Positions 19,233-28,956 of a DNA stretch of 64,000 bases are shown in pieces. Under the pieces are notes generated by a model. The model was not told the DNA's origin. It did not search any database and saw only the letters and a program-made list of their open reading frames with translations. Source of the stretch: Methanobacteriota archaeon. Its GTDB lineage: Archaea; Thermoplasmatota; Poseidoniia; Poseidoniales; Poseidoniaceae. The stretch is from contig PBKJ01000008.1 in assembly GCA_002722135.1 (NCBI GenBank), positions 30,290 to 94,289 on the forward strand, given 5' to 3'. Positions within the stretch are counted from its first letter, which is position 1. Each line of letters opens with the position of its first letter. A program made the position numbers and the translations under genes.

Positions 19233-22200
19233 CGGTCGATGGACACCGCGAGGTCCTCTGGAACCGGAGCCATGCCCTTCAAGCGCAGCCCTCGGAGGGC
19301 CAACACCGGGTCGTCCTCCTCACCGAAGATGACCACATCGTGCACGGTGATGCCACCGTCTTCCTTTCCAGTGCACAGCGAGCGCATGCGGAGGGATTCA
19401 CCCTCATCGGGCACCCGAAGCACCGTGGACCATTCAATCCCGACCGGCAGGCTGCTGAGCCCTTCAGACTCCATCGCAACCAAGCCGGCGTTCTGGAAGC
19501 CGGCTTCGATGAGCATCGGCAAGGCCTCAAGCAGCACAGCCTCGCCTTCAGCCTCGATGGCGAACTGATCCTTCGCAGGCAGTTGGTGGCGCATCAGCGC
19601 CAATCCATCCACGCCGAGGTGTTCGTCTTGCTGTACACCTCGGAGCACGCCACCGTGGCTCTGGAAACGCGGACCGTGGAAGTATCGCAGGTAGATGAAG
19701 GACGGGTGATGCAGGAGATCGCCGGGCGCTGGGGCCAGACCCGTGTCGGGCATGTCCGCAAGTTCGTTGGCGAAAAAGGCACTCAGGTCCTCGGCTTGTT
19801 CGACAAGGCGCACAACGGCCGTGTGGTGTTCGCGTTCACCGAACACCTCGCCGCTCGATGACACAAGGTCGGACACGAGCCGACACTGGACGTCATGGGC
19901 CCCATCGCTTGCATCGCTCAGCGAGGCTTCAACACGCACCGTCATGCTCTCCCGCATGATCTTCACGGGCAAGCCAAAGGTCACGTCCCTGAATCCGGCC
20001 AAGGCCGTCCCGGGCTTGAGGAGGAGCGCGTTTTGCGCAAACATCTCGAGCGCCATCACTCCGGGGTGGTACGGCACGCCGTCGATGGCGTGATCCACAA
20101 GGAAGGGATGCATTTCAGTTGAAAGCGTAGTCTGCGTGATGATGCGGGCGTCCTCATCGAAGGCGACGACCTTGTCGATGAAGGGGAAGCGCTGAGGATC
20201 GGCGATCAGTCCCGCCATGCCCGGAGGCAGCTTGAGCGGCGCTTCGCGGAAGGCGCTGAAGGTGTCCATCGCACCGAGGCTGCCGCAACCGAGCACGCGG
20301 CGCTTTCCACCGGCCAGAGCCTCGTCCACAAACAGGTCCACGCCGACGTCGACCGGCAGCGTCTCGATGCCAGCAGCCTCAAACACCGCTTCAATGGAGC
20401 CTCGGGTCGCCATGCCGACATCGCGCCAACCGGTCCACCCGATGGCCACGGCGCGGCATGCACCGCTTGCCGTCAGGCGAGCCATTTCGGCATCCAGGAC
20501 TGAATTGGCCGCGGCGTAATCCGTTTGACCACCGTTTCCGAAGCGCCCGGCGACCGAGGTGAAGCAGGCTGCAAAGGCTGGATGACGCACACCAGAAGCC
20601 TCCACGGCGCCCATCAGCGCGGACCATCCGTCGACCTTGACCCGCACCACGCGATCGAAGGCTTCGTGGGTCTTGTCGCCCACAAGTTTGCTCTCCTCGA
20701 GCCCGGCACCATGGACGACGCCGGTGATGGCGTGGCCAAGGTTCGCGCCAAGTTTGGTCAGCGCTTTCCCGTCCATGACGTCCACGGCATGGTATTGGGC
20801 CAGATTGCCCGTGGCCTGAATGCTGGCGAGGGTCTGTTGTACGTCACGTGAACGCATCATGCGGTCCCAAGCACGGTTCCACTCCACCATGGTGACCTTA
20901 CCCGAAGAGGACGCCTCAATCATGCGCTCGCGGAGCGCCATCTTCTCAGATTCGAGGGTCGCATCGTCATGGTCGAGCCAAGCCTCGGTGACCTCCATCA
21001 GCGGGGTTCGACCCAGGAGATGGAAGGAAGCACCGGCATCCTTCGATGCAGCAGCCACGCCAATGACGGCGGCCGCCGTGACGCCAGATCCACCGCCAGA
21101 GACCAGCCACACGTCGGTTTCTTCCAGCGGAGTTCGCTCCTCAACCAAATCCTCGGCGAAACAGACCAGCGTCCAGCGCTCGCCAGCACGGTCGAGGCCA
21201 ATTTCGACTTCGCCTCCAACGTTGAGCAAGTCGTCCACGAGGCGCTCTGCCGTGGCCTCGGCATCCATCAACATGTCCGGATGCACGTCATAGGCACGGC
21301 AGCGCAAGGCAGGCCGCTCATGGGCGTAGGATTTGGTCACGCCCGCAGCCGCGGCTTGAAGCGCGTTGAAGCGGTCCCCGCGGTTGCCGTGGCGCCCGTC
21401 CATGGCGCTCACCGAAGCCACGATGCCAGACTCGAGGGCTCCGAGTTTCGAATCGAGGGATTTCAAGAGTCCGAACCACGCTTGACCGGACAACACCACC
21501 TGCTGGCTTGGTCCGGATTCTTCAGACCACGCCATGCTGGCCAGCCGCAACGGAGCCAAGTGAATCATGCCCGCCAGTGGGCCTTCTCCGATGGCGTCCA
21601 CAAAGGCGTCCATTTGCTCGGAGGAGGCTGGATCGACCCGGTGGACGATGCGTTCACCCTCCTCTTGGATGCGATGTGATTTCGCTCCGGGCTCGAGCCC
21701 AATGTGCACGACATCGAAGCCCTTCTCGGAAAGGACGTGGGCGACCGCGGCGGAAACGCCCCAATCGTCCTCCGTGACGAGAATACGGCCGGTGAGGCTC
21801 AGAGGAGCCTCTTGACCTGAGCAGGGTTCAACCTCGACCTGCCAGCGCCTGTTGCCAACCGCCACCATCGAGGAAGGAGCATCGACGGCTGATGGCGCCT
21901 CGGCGGGTGCCGTCGACGTTGGGGCAGTCGTGCTTGCTTCGCCCCCACCGGAGGAATACTTGGCGACGTAGGCCACGAAATGATTGAGCGTTGGGTGGTC
22001 GGACAGCAGGAAATCTTCGTCCACTGGGAGGTCGAAGATGGCGCGAACGTCGGCCATGATCTCGGCCTGCTTGACCGTGTCAATGCCCAATTCGCCTTCG
22101 AGGTCCTGGTCGAGTTCGATGAAATCCTCTGGGTACCCGGTGTGCTTGACCACGACCTCGACCAAACGTGCTGCAATGCTCCCGTCGTCGCCGGATGGGG

Positions 22201-25200
22201 GTGCAGGAGTTGGGGCAGGGGCAGCCGCAGGAGCGGTTTCTGGCGCAGGTGCTGCAGCCGGCGCAGGGCCAGGTGCCGGCGCTGGAGGTGCAGACCCGCT
22301 TTCTCCGCCCGTCATCCGCTGGATGTAACCCACCATGTGGTTGAGCGTCGGGCGGTCTGAGAGCAGGAAGTCCTCGTCAACGGGCAGCGAGAAGCGCGCT
22401 CGGATGTCGGCCATGATCTCGGCCTGCTTGACCGTGTCAATGCCCAATTCGCCTTCGAGGTCCTGGTCCATTTCGATGAAGTCGGCCGGGTAGCCGGTGT
22501 GCTCCACCACGACCGCCACCACGGTGTCCACGAGGTCACCTGCATCGGCCGTGGGAACGGCAGCGGCTGGTGCTGGGGTTGGGGAAGGTGCCGAAGTCGC
22601 CGCAGGTGCAGCCTCGACCGTTGCCGCAGGAGCGGGCTCTGGAGCCGGAGCAGGACGGTCCACAGCCGCTTCGGCTGCTGGGGCCGGAGCGCCGCCTTGC
22701 ATGCGCGTCAGGTACGCCAGCATGTGGTTGAGCGTCGGATGGTCGGAGAGCACGAAGTCCTCATCAACGGGCAGCGAGAACCGGTCCCGAAGCGCCGCCA
22801 TGATTTCGGCTTGCTTGACCGTGTCAATGCCAAGTTCACCCTCGAGGTCCTGGTCCATTTCGATGAACTCTGCAGGGTAGCCTGTGTGTTCGACGACCAC
22901 TTCAATCATGGCAGCAGCGACCTCTTCGTCGCTTGCGTTCATGGTAACCTGGGCTGTCGGGGCGGCGGTGGCTGCAGGCTCGGGGGCGGCTTGCGGTGCA
23001 GGCTCAGGAGCAGGTGGGGCTTCCGGTTCCTCGACCACGCCTTCGAAGGGAGCGCTTGGACCCCATGCCTCGCCTTGCACCCCGCCATGGAGGTTGCTTT
23101 CCCCGTCGACATACGCGACCAAGGTGTTGTTCTTGATGCGCAGCACGACGTCGTTCGTGCCTGCAAGACGCCGGTTCCATGCCAGCACGGCCCGACCGTT
23201 CACGCGCTCACCTTCGACCGGCCAGCGTCGCACCAGCGAGAGGGCAATTTGTGAACCAAATCCAGCACCGAAGCGGATGCCGTACTCGATGCCGTCAACG
23301 TCTCCACCCTTGCTGAGGTTGAGGTTGCCCAGCTCTGGATCCACTTCTTTGTGGTTGGCAATGGGTGGGAAGCGGCGGTGATGGAGGCCATGAATCATGC
23401 TCGCATCTTCAATGCCGACGCCCATCGGATGCCCCGTGAAGCCCTTGGTGTTGGCAATCAGGATCTTGTCCGTGCTTTCGCCAAAGGTCGTTCTGAGCGC
23501 TTTGACCTCCGACTGAGCCGAACCACCGCGTGCGGGTGTGTAGGTTTCATGCGAGAAGAAGACCGTGTTCGGTGCCATCGTATGCCGATCAAGACCCCAC
23601 GTGCGCTCCATCTGACCGACGAATCCATCGACGGTTTGCGCCACGTGTTCAACGTCGAGACGGGTCCCGTGGAAGGCGGAATTCGCCATTCGGGTCCCGA
23701 GCAATTCAGCATAGGGCTGAACGCCACGCTCCGCCGCTTCGGCGTTTCGCTCCACCACGAAGGCGGCGGCTCCCATGCCGAGGATCAAGCCGTTGCGTCG
23801 CCGGTCGAACGGCAGGGCTGCTTCTTCGATGACGTTGCTTGAGGATGCGGCCCCAGAGGCGGCAAAACCAGCTCCGATCCACGACCAGAGTTCTGGACTG
23901 GTCACGTTGTCTGAAGAGATGATGACCACGCGGTCCGCGCGGTCGTTGGCCAACCAATCCTCTGCGATGCTGAACGCCGCCGTTGCGGAGGCACAGGCGA
24001 CGTTGATGGTGGAGTTGGGCCCTCGGATACCGGTATGCTGGGCGAACTGGGCATGGCCCATGTTGAGCACTTGGAAGAGGAAACGACGGTCGAAGCGACC
24101 GTCGGCATCTGCACCGTTGTTTCGTGCATGTCCGAACGAGGCCGTGGTGCCTGGGAAACATGAGGCAAACACCACACCGGTCCGCTCACGCTGGTGTTGT
24201 GGAACTTGCCAGCCACGGATGAGCCGAAGACCACCTTTGCCCACCTGCTCCTCGGGCGTGAGCGGGATGGCGGCGTCCCGCAAAGCGAGCAAGCCGGACG
24301 CCACGGCCAGTTGCGTGGTGATGTCCCATGCCAGCACGGCCTTCGGATCCACGCCGAATTCCTCAGCGAGATCGAAGGCGTGAGCCACACCGGCCAGTTG
24401 AGGGATGTCGCCGAAGGTTTCTGCGGGAGACATGTCCACTGAACCGTCACGGCCCTTGACGAGCCGCACGATGTTCCGATCGAGCAGCGCCTGCTTGTAG
24501 GCGTCCGACACTTCTTCGATGCAGGTCTCGCCTCGCACCAAGCGCTCAAACACGTCCTCATCGAAGACGCGTTCTCCGCCGGGGAGGCCGAGGGACACAC
24601 CGGTGATCACGTAGGGGTTGGCTCTCCGGTCGGCCATCGCATCGTGCACGACGGTTGCACCCGTGACCGCCTCCACTGGGCGACGGGTTGCGGGCGCAGC
24701 GGGGCTCCAGCTCGACGGCGGAGCGCGGACCGCTCGGACCAATTCGGCCGGCGTCCGTGCGGACGCGATGTCCACTTCGCCGTCCAGCGGGGCCTCTGCC
24801 CGAAGGCGTTGCACGACGGAAGCCACCTTGGCATCGTCCAGACCGAGTCCTGTCCGTAGGTCCACGGCTCCGCGGCAGAAGCGGGCAGGGTAGCCGCACA
24901 CCGCAGCAAGACGATCACCGACGTAGGCGGCAATGGCCTCAGCAGGGTCGGAAGGCGTCGCGGCGGGAGCAACGACGGCCTGCGCGGCGACGGGCGTACC
25001 GCCGCTGGAAGGCAACGGACGAGCGCGGGTGCGCAGGTCCTCGTGTTCCTGTGACGAGCGAGCGGGTTGCAAGGGCGACGAGGACCACGCTTCCAACGGT
25101 CCGGCGCGGAAGGCTTCGGTGAGCGCCGGGCTTGCGCCGTCAGGCATCGTGGCGACACGCCCGGCCAGAGCCAACATGCCCAATGCGGAAAGGAAGCTGG

Positions 25201-28054
25201 CGATGCCGCCTTGCTTCGGATGGTTGGTCATCACCGCAACGTGCGGCTTGCCTTCGAGGATTTGCGTGGCGAACACCGTCAGCGCTCGCTTTGGACCGAC
25301 CTCGACGAAGGCACCCGCACCGGCAGCCGCCATGGTCTCGATTTGAGCGGTCCACTCGACCGATGAGGCCATTTGTGGTGCGAGCTTTTCCAGCACGGCC
25401 GCCTTGGCGTTGTCGCCTTCCATCGCGTAGAAGGTCCCGTCAACGTTGGCCGTGATGGGGATGGTGGGCCACTGGAGATCGAGTTCCTCGAGGAAGGCGC
25501 GGAGCGGTGCGTTCGCAGGTGCGACGATTTTGGAATGGAACGCGTGGGAGGTTTGCAGAACGGTGCACGGCATGCTTTCTGCTTCAAACGCGGCCATAGC
25601 GGCCTTCACCGGCTCGGTTTCGCCGGCGATGACGGTCATCTTCGGCGAGTTCTTGTTGGCGGAGATGACGTAACCGTCCGTGGCCTCAAGGATGCGCTCA
25701 ACGTCAGCGAGCGGTGCGCTGACCGAAGCCATCAGGCCCTGATCGTCAATTTCAACCGAGCCCATTTCCGTTCCACGGGCAGCGGCCGCGCGAAGGGCGC
25801 TGTCCATGTCCATGATGCCGGCCGACATCAGGGCCGCGTATTCGCCAAGCGAATGGCCTGCGACCATGTCGGGTTTGAGGCCGTGATCGTTGAGGGCACG
25901 CTCGATGGCCAGATCGGCCGTCAACATGGCAGGTTGGGTGTATTCGGTCCGCTTGAGCTTCGCTTCAGCGTCCTGGATTTCTTCCTTGGACAAGTTGCTT
26001 CGCAGCACAAAGGAAGAGAGCGTCTCGCCGTCCAGCACATCAACCATGGTCTCGTCAGCCAAACGCCAGACGTCCTGAACCGCCGTGAAGCGCTGCCAGA
26101 GGTCGTGGGTCATCCCAACGTATTGGCTGCCTTGACCGGGGTACATGTGGGCGACTTTGGCTTGGGGGGGCATGGCGGGTTGGTCGGTGATCATCACGCC
26201 TTGGGCCCCAAGGAAGCCCCAACGGGCGGGATCGGACAGGGATGAAGCGGCGAGGCCCTTTCGCTTTTCGAATTCGGCCCACGACGTGGCCACGACCGCG
26301 AGCCGAACGGCCGCGTTCACGTCGAAACCTGTGGACCACGTCGGGAAGACGGCGGACAGCCGATGCCCCCGAGGGTCCTCGTCGAAGGTCGGACCGTCGA
26401 CGCTGAGTGCCGCGAGGCGAGCCGCGACGGCTTCGACGCTGTCGCCAGAGAGCAGCAGGACGCCACCTTCGACGGACTTGAGGGCCGCGTGGCCCAGCGA
26501 AGGGGTGGCGGTGGCGTCGAGGATGGACGCCGCTTCGGGCGCCGAAGGCGCGCCAGCGTAGGCGTCCCAACGGGACGACCACGTCTCGCCCATGGCCGCG
26601 TGAACCTCGGGGTCGTAGGCCTCGAGGGCGACGTGGAAGTTGGTGCCGCCAAAACCGAAGGCGCTGACGCCAGCACGGCGCGGATGGCCCGCAGGTTGAG
26701 GCCAAGCCATGGGCTCCGTGGGCACAAAGAAGGGATTGGTCGACCAGTCCACCGTTGGGTTCGGTGTTTCAAAGCCCGCACTCGGCGGAATGGTCGCATG
26801 GTGCAGGGCCATCGTGACTTTGAGCAGCCCCGCCATGCCGGCGGCTGCTTTGAGGTGGCCAATTTGGCTCTTGATGGAGCCCACAGCAACGTTGTCGCCG
26901 GCCTCGATGTCCGTCCACAAGGTGCCGAGGGTGGACAATTCAGTGGCGTCGCCGACCTTGGTGGACGTCCCGTGGGCCTCGACCAATTCCACAGAGGACG
27001 GGGCATAACCCGCCTGGTTGTAGGCACGAGCAATCGCCTGAATCTGGCCGCGCTGCGACGGGGCAGTGATGCCCTTGCCACGGCCATCGGATGAACCGCC
27101 GATGCCACGGATGACCGCGAAGACTTCGTCGCCGTCTCGGACCGCATCGCTCAGGCGCTTGAGCACCATGGCTCCTGCACCCTCGCCCATGACGAAGCCG
27201 TTGGCACGCGCATCGAACGGCGTGGAGTGGCTCGGAGACAGCGCCCCAATGGCGCTGAACTTGGCGTAGGTGGCAGGGTCCATCGTCCGGTCCGAAGCAC
27301 CGCAGATCATCGCGTCGACTTGGCGCGCGTGCAGCAAACGGCAGGCGTCGAGCAAGGCCGCAAGCGAGGACGCACATGCGGCGTCCATGGCATGGTTGGG
27401 CCCCTGCAGATCGAGCAGGTTGGCGACGCGGCCTGACACGACGTTGGCAAGCTCACCCGGCATGGTGTCCTCGGTGATTTTCGGAGCGCCTTCGACCATG
27501 GCGTCCACGAAAGCGTCGCTCGCGGAGGCGGCAAGGCCTGCTTCGATGGCCAAGGCTCGGTTGTGTTCTGCCCAGACCCGCTGGTTGGATTCGTTGCGGT
27601 TTTCACCGCCGAGGGCGTTGGCAAAGACCACGCCAACTCGGCTGCGGTCGAGCGGGCGGCCTTCGTCGCCGTAACCTGCGTGCTCCAAGGCTGACGCAGC
27701 CACTTCGACCGCCCACAGCTGACAAGGATCGATCTGAGCCAGGGTTCCCGGCGGTTGCCGCCATCGGCGCCAATCGAATTCGAAGCCTTCGACGAAGGCG
27801 CCGATTTTCGCATAGGTGCGGTTTTGCTCAACGTTTCCAGGTGAACCCTCGGCCCAGAAGTGTTCGATTGGGCCCGGCCATCGGCCCTCGGGCAGGTCAC
27901 GGATGCTGACGTGTGCGTCGATGATGTTCTGCCAAAACGTCGCGGCATCCGCTGCATCGGGCATCAGGGCCGAGCAACCGATGATGGCGATGGGTTCGAA
28001 GGGGCCCTGGTCGGTCCCGCCGACCTCTTTTCCGTCCGCTGTGGTGATCGTCAT
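19229..28054 (-). CDS. Type I polyketide/fatty-acid megasynthase (KS-AT-degenerate ACP-KS-ACP-ACP-ACP-KR-DH), PfaA/HglE-like
   Basis: KS1 DAACASS/EAHGTST/KSQIGH; AT PGQGSQ/GHSLGE/HAFHS; KS2 NVACAS/SHETYT/TKGFTGH; 3x LGIDTVKQAEI; KR VSGGGSG/VHGAG/YAAAN; DH HAIDGVPYHP/FHGPRFQ. Confidence 0.93.
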   Translation of the reverse strand: MTITTADGKEVGGTDQGPFEPIAIIGCSALMPDAADAATFWQNIIDAHVSIRDLPEGRWPGPIEHFWAEGSPGNVEQNRTYAKIGAFVEGFEFDWRRWRQPPGTLAQIDPCQLWAVEVAASALEHAGYGDEGRPLDRSRVGVVFANALGGENRNESNQRVWAEHNRALAIEAGLAASASDAFVDAMVEGAPKITEDTMPGELANVVSGRVANLLDLQGPNHAMDAACASSLAALLDACRLLHARQVDAMICGASDRTMDPATYAKFSAIGALSPSHSTPFDARANGFVMGEGAGAMVLKRLSDAVRDGDEVFAVIRGIGGSSDGRGKGITAPSQRGQIQAIARAYNQAGYAPSSVELVEAHGTSTKVGDATELSTLGTLWTDIEAGDNVAVGSIKSQIGHLKAAAGMAGLLKVTMALHHATIPPSAGFETPNPTVDWSTNPFFVPTEPMAWPQPAGHPRRAGVSAFGFGGTNFHVALEAYDPEVHAAMGETWSSRWDAYAGAPSAPEAASILDATATPSLGHAALKSVEGGVLLLSGDSVEAVAARLAALSVDGPTFDEDPRGHRLSAVFPTWSTGFDVNAAVRLAVVATSWAEFEKRKGLAASSLSDPARWGFLGAQGVMITDQPAMPPQAKVAHMYPGQGSQYVGMTHDLWQRFTAVQDVWRLADETMVDVLDGETLSSFVLRSNLSKEEIQDAEAKLKRTEYTQPAMLTADLAIERALNDHGLKPDMVAGHSLGEYAALMSAGIMDMDSALRAAAARGTEMGSVEIDDQGLMASVSAPLADVERILEATDGYVISANKNSPKMTVIAGETEPVKAAMAAFEAESMPCTVLQTSHAFHSKIVAPANAPLRAFLEELDLQWPTIPITANVDGTFYAMEGDNAKAAVLEKLAPQMASSVEWTAQIETMAAAGAGAFVEVGPKRALTVFATQILEGKPHVAVMTNHPKQGGIASFLSALGMLALAGRVATMPDGASPALTEAFRAGPLEAWSSSPLQPARSSQEHEDLRTRARPLPSSGGTPVAAQAVVAPAATPSDPAEAIAAYVGDRLAAVCGYPARFCRGAVDLRTGLGLDDAKVASVVQRLRAEAPLDGEVDIASARTPAELVRAVRAPPSSWSPAAPATRRPVEAVTGATVVHDAMADRRANPYVITGVSLGLPGGERVFDEDVFERLVRGETCIEEVSDAYKQALLDRNIVRLVKGRDGSVDMSPAETFGDIPQLAGVAHAFDLAEEFGVDPKAVLAWDITTQLAVASGLLALRDAAIPLTPEEQVGKGGLRLIRGWQVPQHQRERTGVVFASCFPGTTASFGHARNNGADADGRFDRRFLFQVLNMGHAQFAQHTGIRGPNSTINVACASATAAFSIAEDWLANDRADRVVIISSDNVTSPELWSWIGAGFAASGAASSSNVIEEAALPFDRRRNGLILGMGAAAFVVERNAEAAERGVQPYAELLGTRMANSAFHGTRLDVEHVAQTVDGFVGQMERTWGLDRHTMAPNTVFFSHETYTPARGGSAQSEVKALRTTFGESTDKILIANTKGFTGHPMGVGIEDASMIHGLHHRRFPPIANHKEVDPELGNLNLSKGGDVDGIEYGIRFGAGFGSQIALSLVRRWPVEGERVNGRAVLAWNRRLAGTNDVVLRIKNNTLVAYVDGESNLHGGVQGEAWGPSAPFEGVVEEPEAPPAPEPAPQAAPEPAATAAPTAQVTMNASDEEVAAAMIEVVVEHTGYPAEFIEMDQDLEGELGIDTVKQAEIMAALRDRFSLPVDEDFVLSDHPTLNHMLAYLTRMQGGAPAPAAEAAVDRPAPAPEPAPAATVEAAPAATSAPSPTPAPAAAVPTADAGDLVDTVVAVVVEHTGYPADFIEMDQDLEGELGIDTVKQAEIMADIRARFSLPVDEDFLLSDRPTLNHMVGYIQRMTGGESGSAPPAPAPGPAPAAAPAPETAPAAAPAPTPAPPSGDDGSIAARLVEVVVKHTGYPEDFIELDQDLEGELGIDTVKQAEIMADVRAIFDLPVDEDFLLSDHPTLNHFVAYVAKYSSGGGEASTTAPTSTAPAEAPSAVDAPSSMVAVGNRRWQVEVEPCSGQEAPLSLTGRILVTEDDWGVSAAVAHVLSEKGFDVVHIGLEPGAKSHRIQEEGERIVHRVDPASSEQMDAFVDAIGEGPLAGMIHLAPLRLASMAWSEESGPSQQVVLSGQAWFGLLKSLDSKLGALESGIVASVSAMDGRHGNRGDRFNALQAAAAGVTKSYAHERPALRCRAYDVHPDMLMDAEATAERLVDDLLNVGGEVEIGLDRAGERWTLVCFAEDLVEERTPLEETDVWLVSGGGSGVTAAAVIGVAAASKDAGASFHLLGRTPLMEVTEAWLDHDDATLESEKMALRERMIEASSSGKVTMVEWNRAWDRMMRSRDVQQTLASIQATGNLAQYHAVDVMDGKALTKLGANLGHAITGVVHGAGLEESKLVGDKTHEAFDRVVRVKVDGWSALMGAVEASGVRHPAFAACFTSVAGRFGNGGQTDYAAANSVLDAEMARLTASGACRAVAIGWTGWRDVGMATRGSIEAVFEAAGIETLPVDVGVDLFVDEALAGGKRRVLGCGSLGAMDTFSAFREAPLKLPPGMAGLIADPQRFPFIDKVVAFDEDARIITQTTLSTEMHPFLVDHAIDGVPYHPGVMALEMFAQNALLLKPGTALAGFRDVTFGLPVKIMRESMTVRVEASLSDASDGAHDVQCRLVSDLVSSSGEVFGEREHHTAVVRLVEQAEDLSAFFANELADMPDTGLAPAPGDLLHHPSFIYLRYFHGPRFQSHGGVLRGVQQDEHLGVDGLALMRHQLPAKDQFAIEAEGEAVLLEALPMLIEAGFQNAGLVAMESEGLSSLPVGIEWSTVLRVPDEGESLRMRSLCTGKEDGGITVHDVVIFGEEDDPVLALRGLRLKGMAPVPEDLAVSIDR
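22049..22468 (-). repeat. 63-nt identical direct repeat in ACP2 and ACP3 (22049-22111 and 22406-22468); near-identical third copy near 22800-22860
   Basis: gtcggccatgatctcggcctgcttgaccgtgtcaatgcccaattcgccttcgaggtcctggtc read twice. Confidence 0.9.
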
Positions 28055-28058
28055 GCCC

Positions 28059-28065
28059 TCACCTC
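28059..28065 (-). promoter_or_regulatory. Shine-Dalgarno GAGGTGA between fabI stop and PKS start
   Basis: Minus strand ...GAGTGAGGTGAGGGCATG. Confidence 0.7.
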
Positions 28066-28855
28066 ACTCCATGATGGTCTCCGGCACCATCGTGATCGAA
28101 TAGCCTGCATCAACGTGAATCACCTGCCCGGTGACCCCTGCCGAAAGCGGACTTGCCAACCACAAGGTGGTCCCTGCCACGTCCGATTGCGTGACGTTTC
28201 TTCGAAGCGGCGCGTTGGACGCCACGTGATTCAGGATGTTGTCGAACCCGGGGATGCCCGAGGCAGCGATCGTTCGGATTGGACCTGAGGAAATCGCGTT
28301 CACGCGGTGGCCCTCCGGCCCAAGGTGACAGGCCAATTCCCGCGTCCAGCACTCAAGGGCGGCCTTGGCCATGCTCATGATGCCGTAGGACGGCACATAT
28401 CGGGTGGAGGCAGCATAGGTCAGGGTGATCGTCGATGAACCCTCGGACAGGTATGGGAGTGCGTGCTTGAGGCACCGCTGCAGGCTGTTGGCGGAGATGG
28501 TCATCGCGGTGTTGATGTCGGCATCCTCGACGAAGAGGATCGGGCGATCGAAGCAGGTTCGCGGCGCGAAGCCGATGGCGTGGACCAAGATGTCGGCCTT
28601 CTTGCCCGGGTGTTCTGCGGCGAAGGCGTCGAAGAATTCCTTGGTGGAGGCATCTTCAGCGACATCCAAGGGGTAGAAGCCACCGATGGAAGGAAGTTGG
28701 TCCTTCAGTTTGAAGATCCGGCTCATGAAGCGCTTCTGATAGCCGAGGTACAGCGTGCAGCCTGCCGCGGCCAGTTGTTGGCAAATGGCCCACGCGATGG
28801 AATCCTCGCTGGCCACACCGAAGACGAAGGCTGTCTTTCCCTTGAGGTCCAGCAT
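28064..28855 (-). CDS. fabI: Enoyl-ACP reductase (FabI-type SDR)
   Basis: GVASEDSIAWAI, LVHAIGFAP, Y-x6-K (YGIMSMAK), RVNAISSGPIRT, VTGQVIHVDAG. Confidence 0.92.
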   Translation of the reverse strand: MLDLKGKTAFVFGVASEDSIAWAICQQLAAAGCTLYLGYQKRFMSRIFKLKDQLPSIGGFYPLDVAEDASTKEFFDAFAAEHPGKKADILVHAIGFAPRTCFDRPILFVEDADINTAMTISANSLQRCLKHALPYLSEGSSTITLTYAASTRYVPSYGIMSMAKAALECWTRELACHLGPEGHRVNAISSGPIRTIAASGIPGFDNILNHVASNAPLRRNVTQSDVAGTTLWLASPLSAGVTGQVIHVDAGYSITMVPETIME

Positions 28856-28956
28856 ACGCACACCCTCCATCGGTGTAGCCGGGCACACCGGCCTTTGACC
28901 ATTCCCCCTGAAGAGGCCCGGAAAATGCGGGGACGTGACCCGAACAGGACCTTCCG

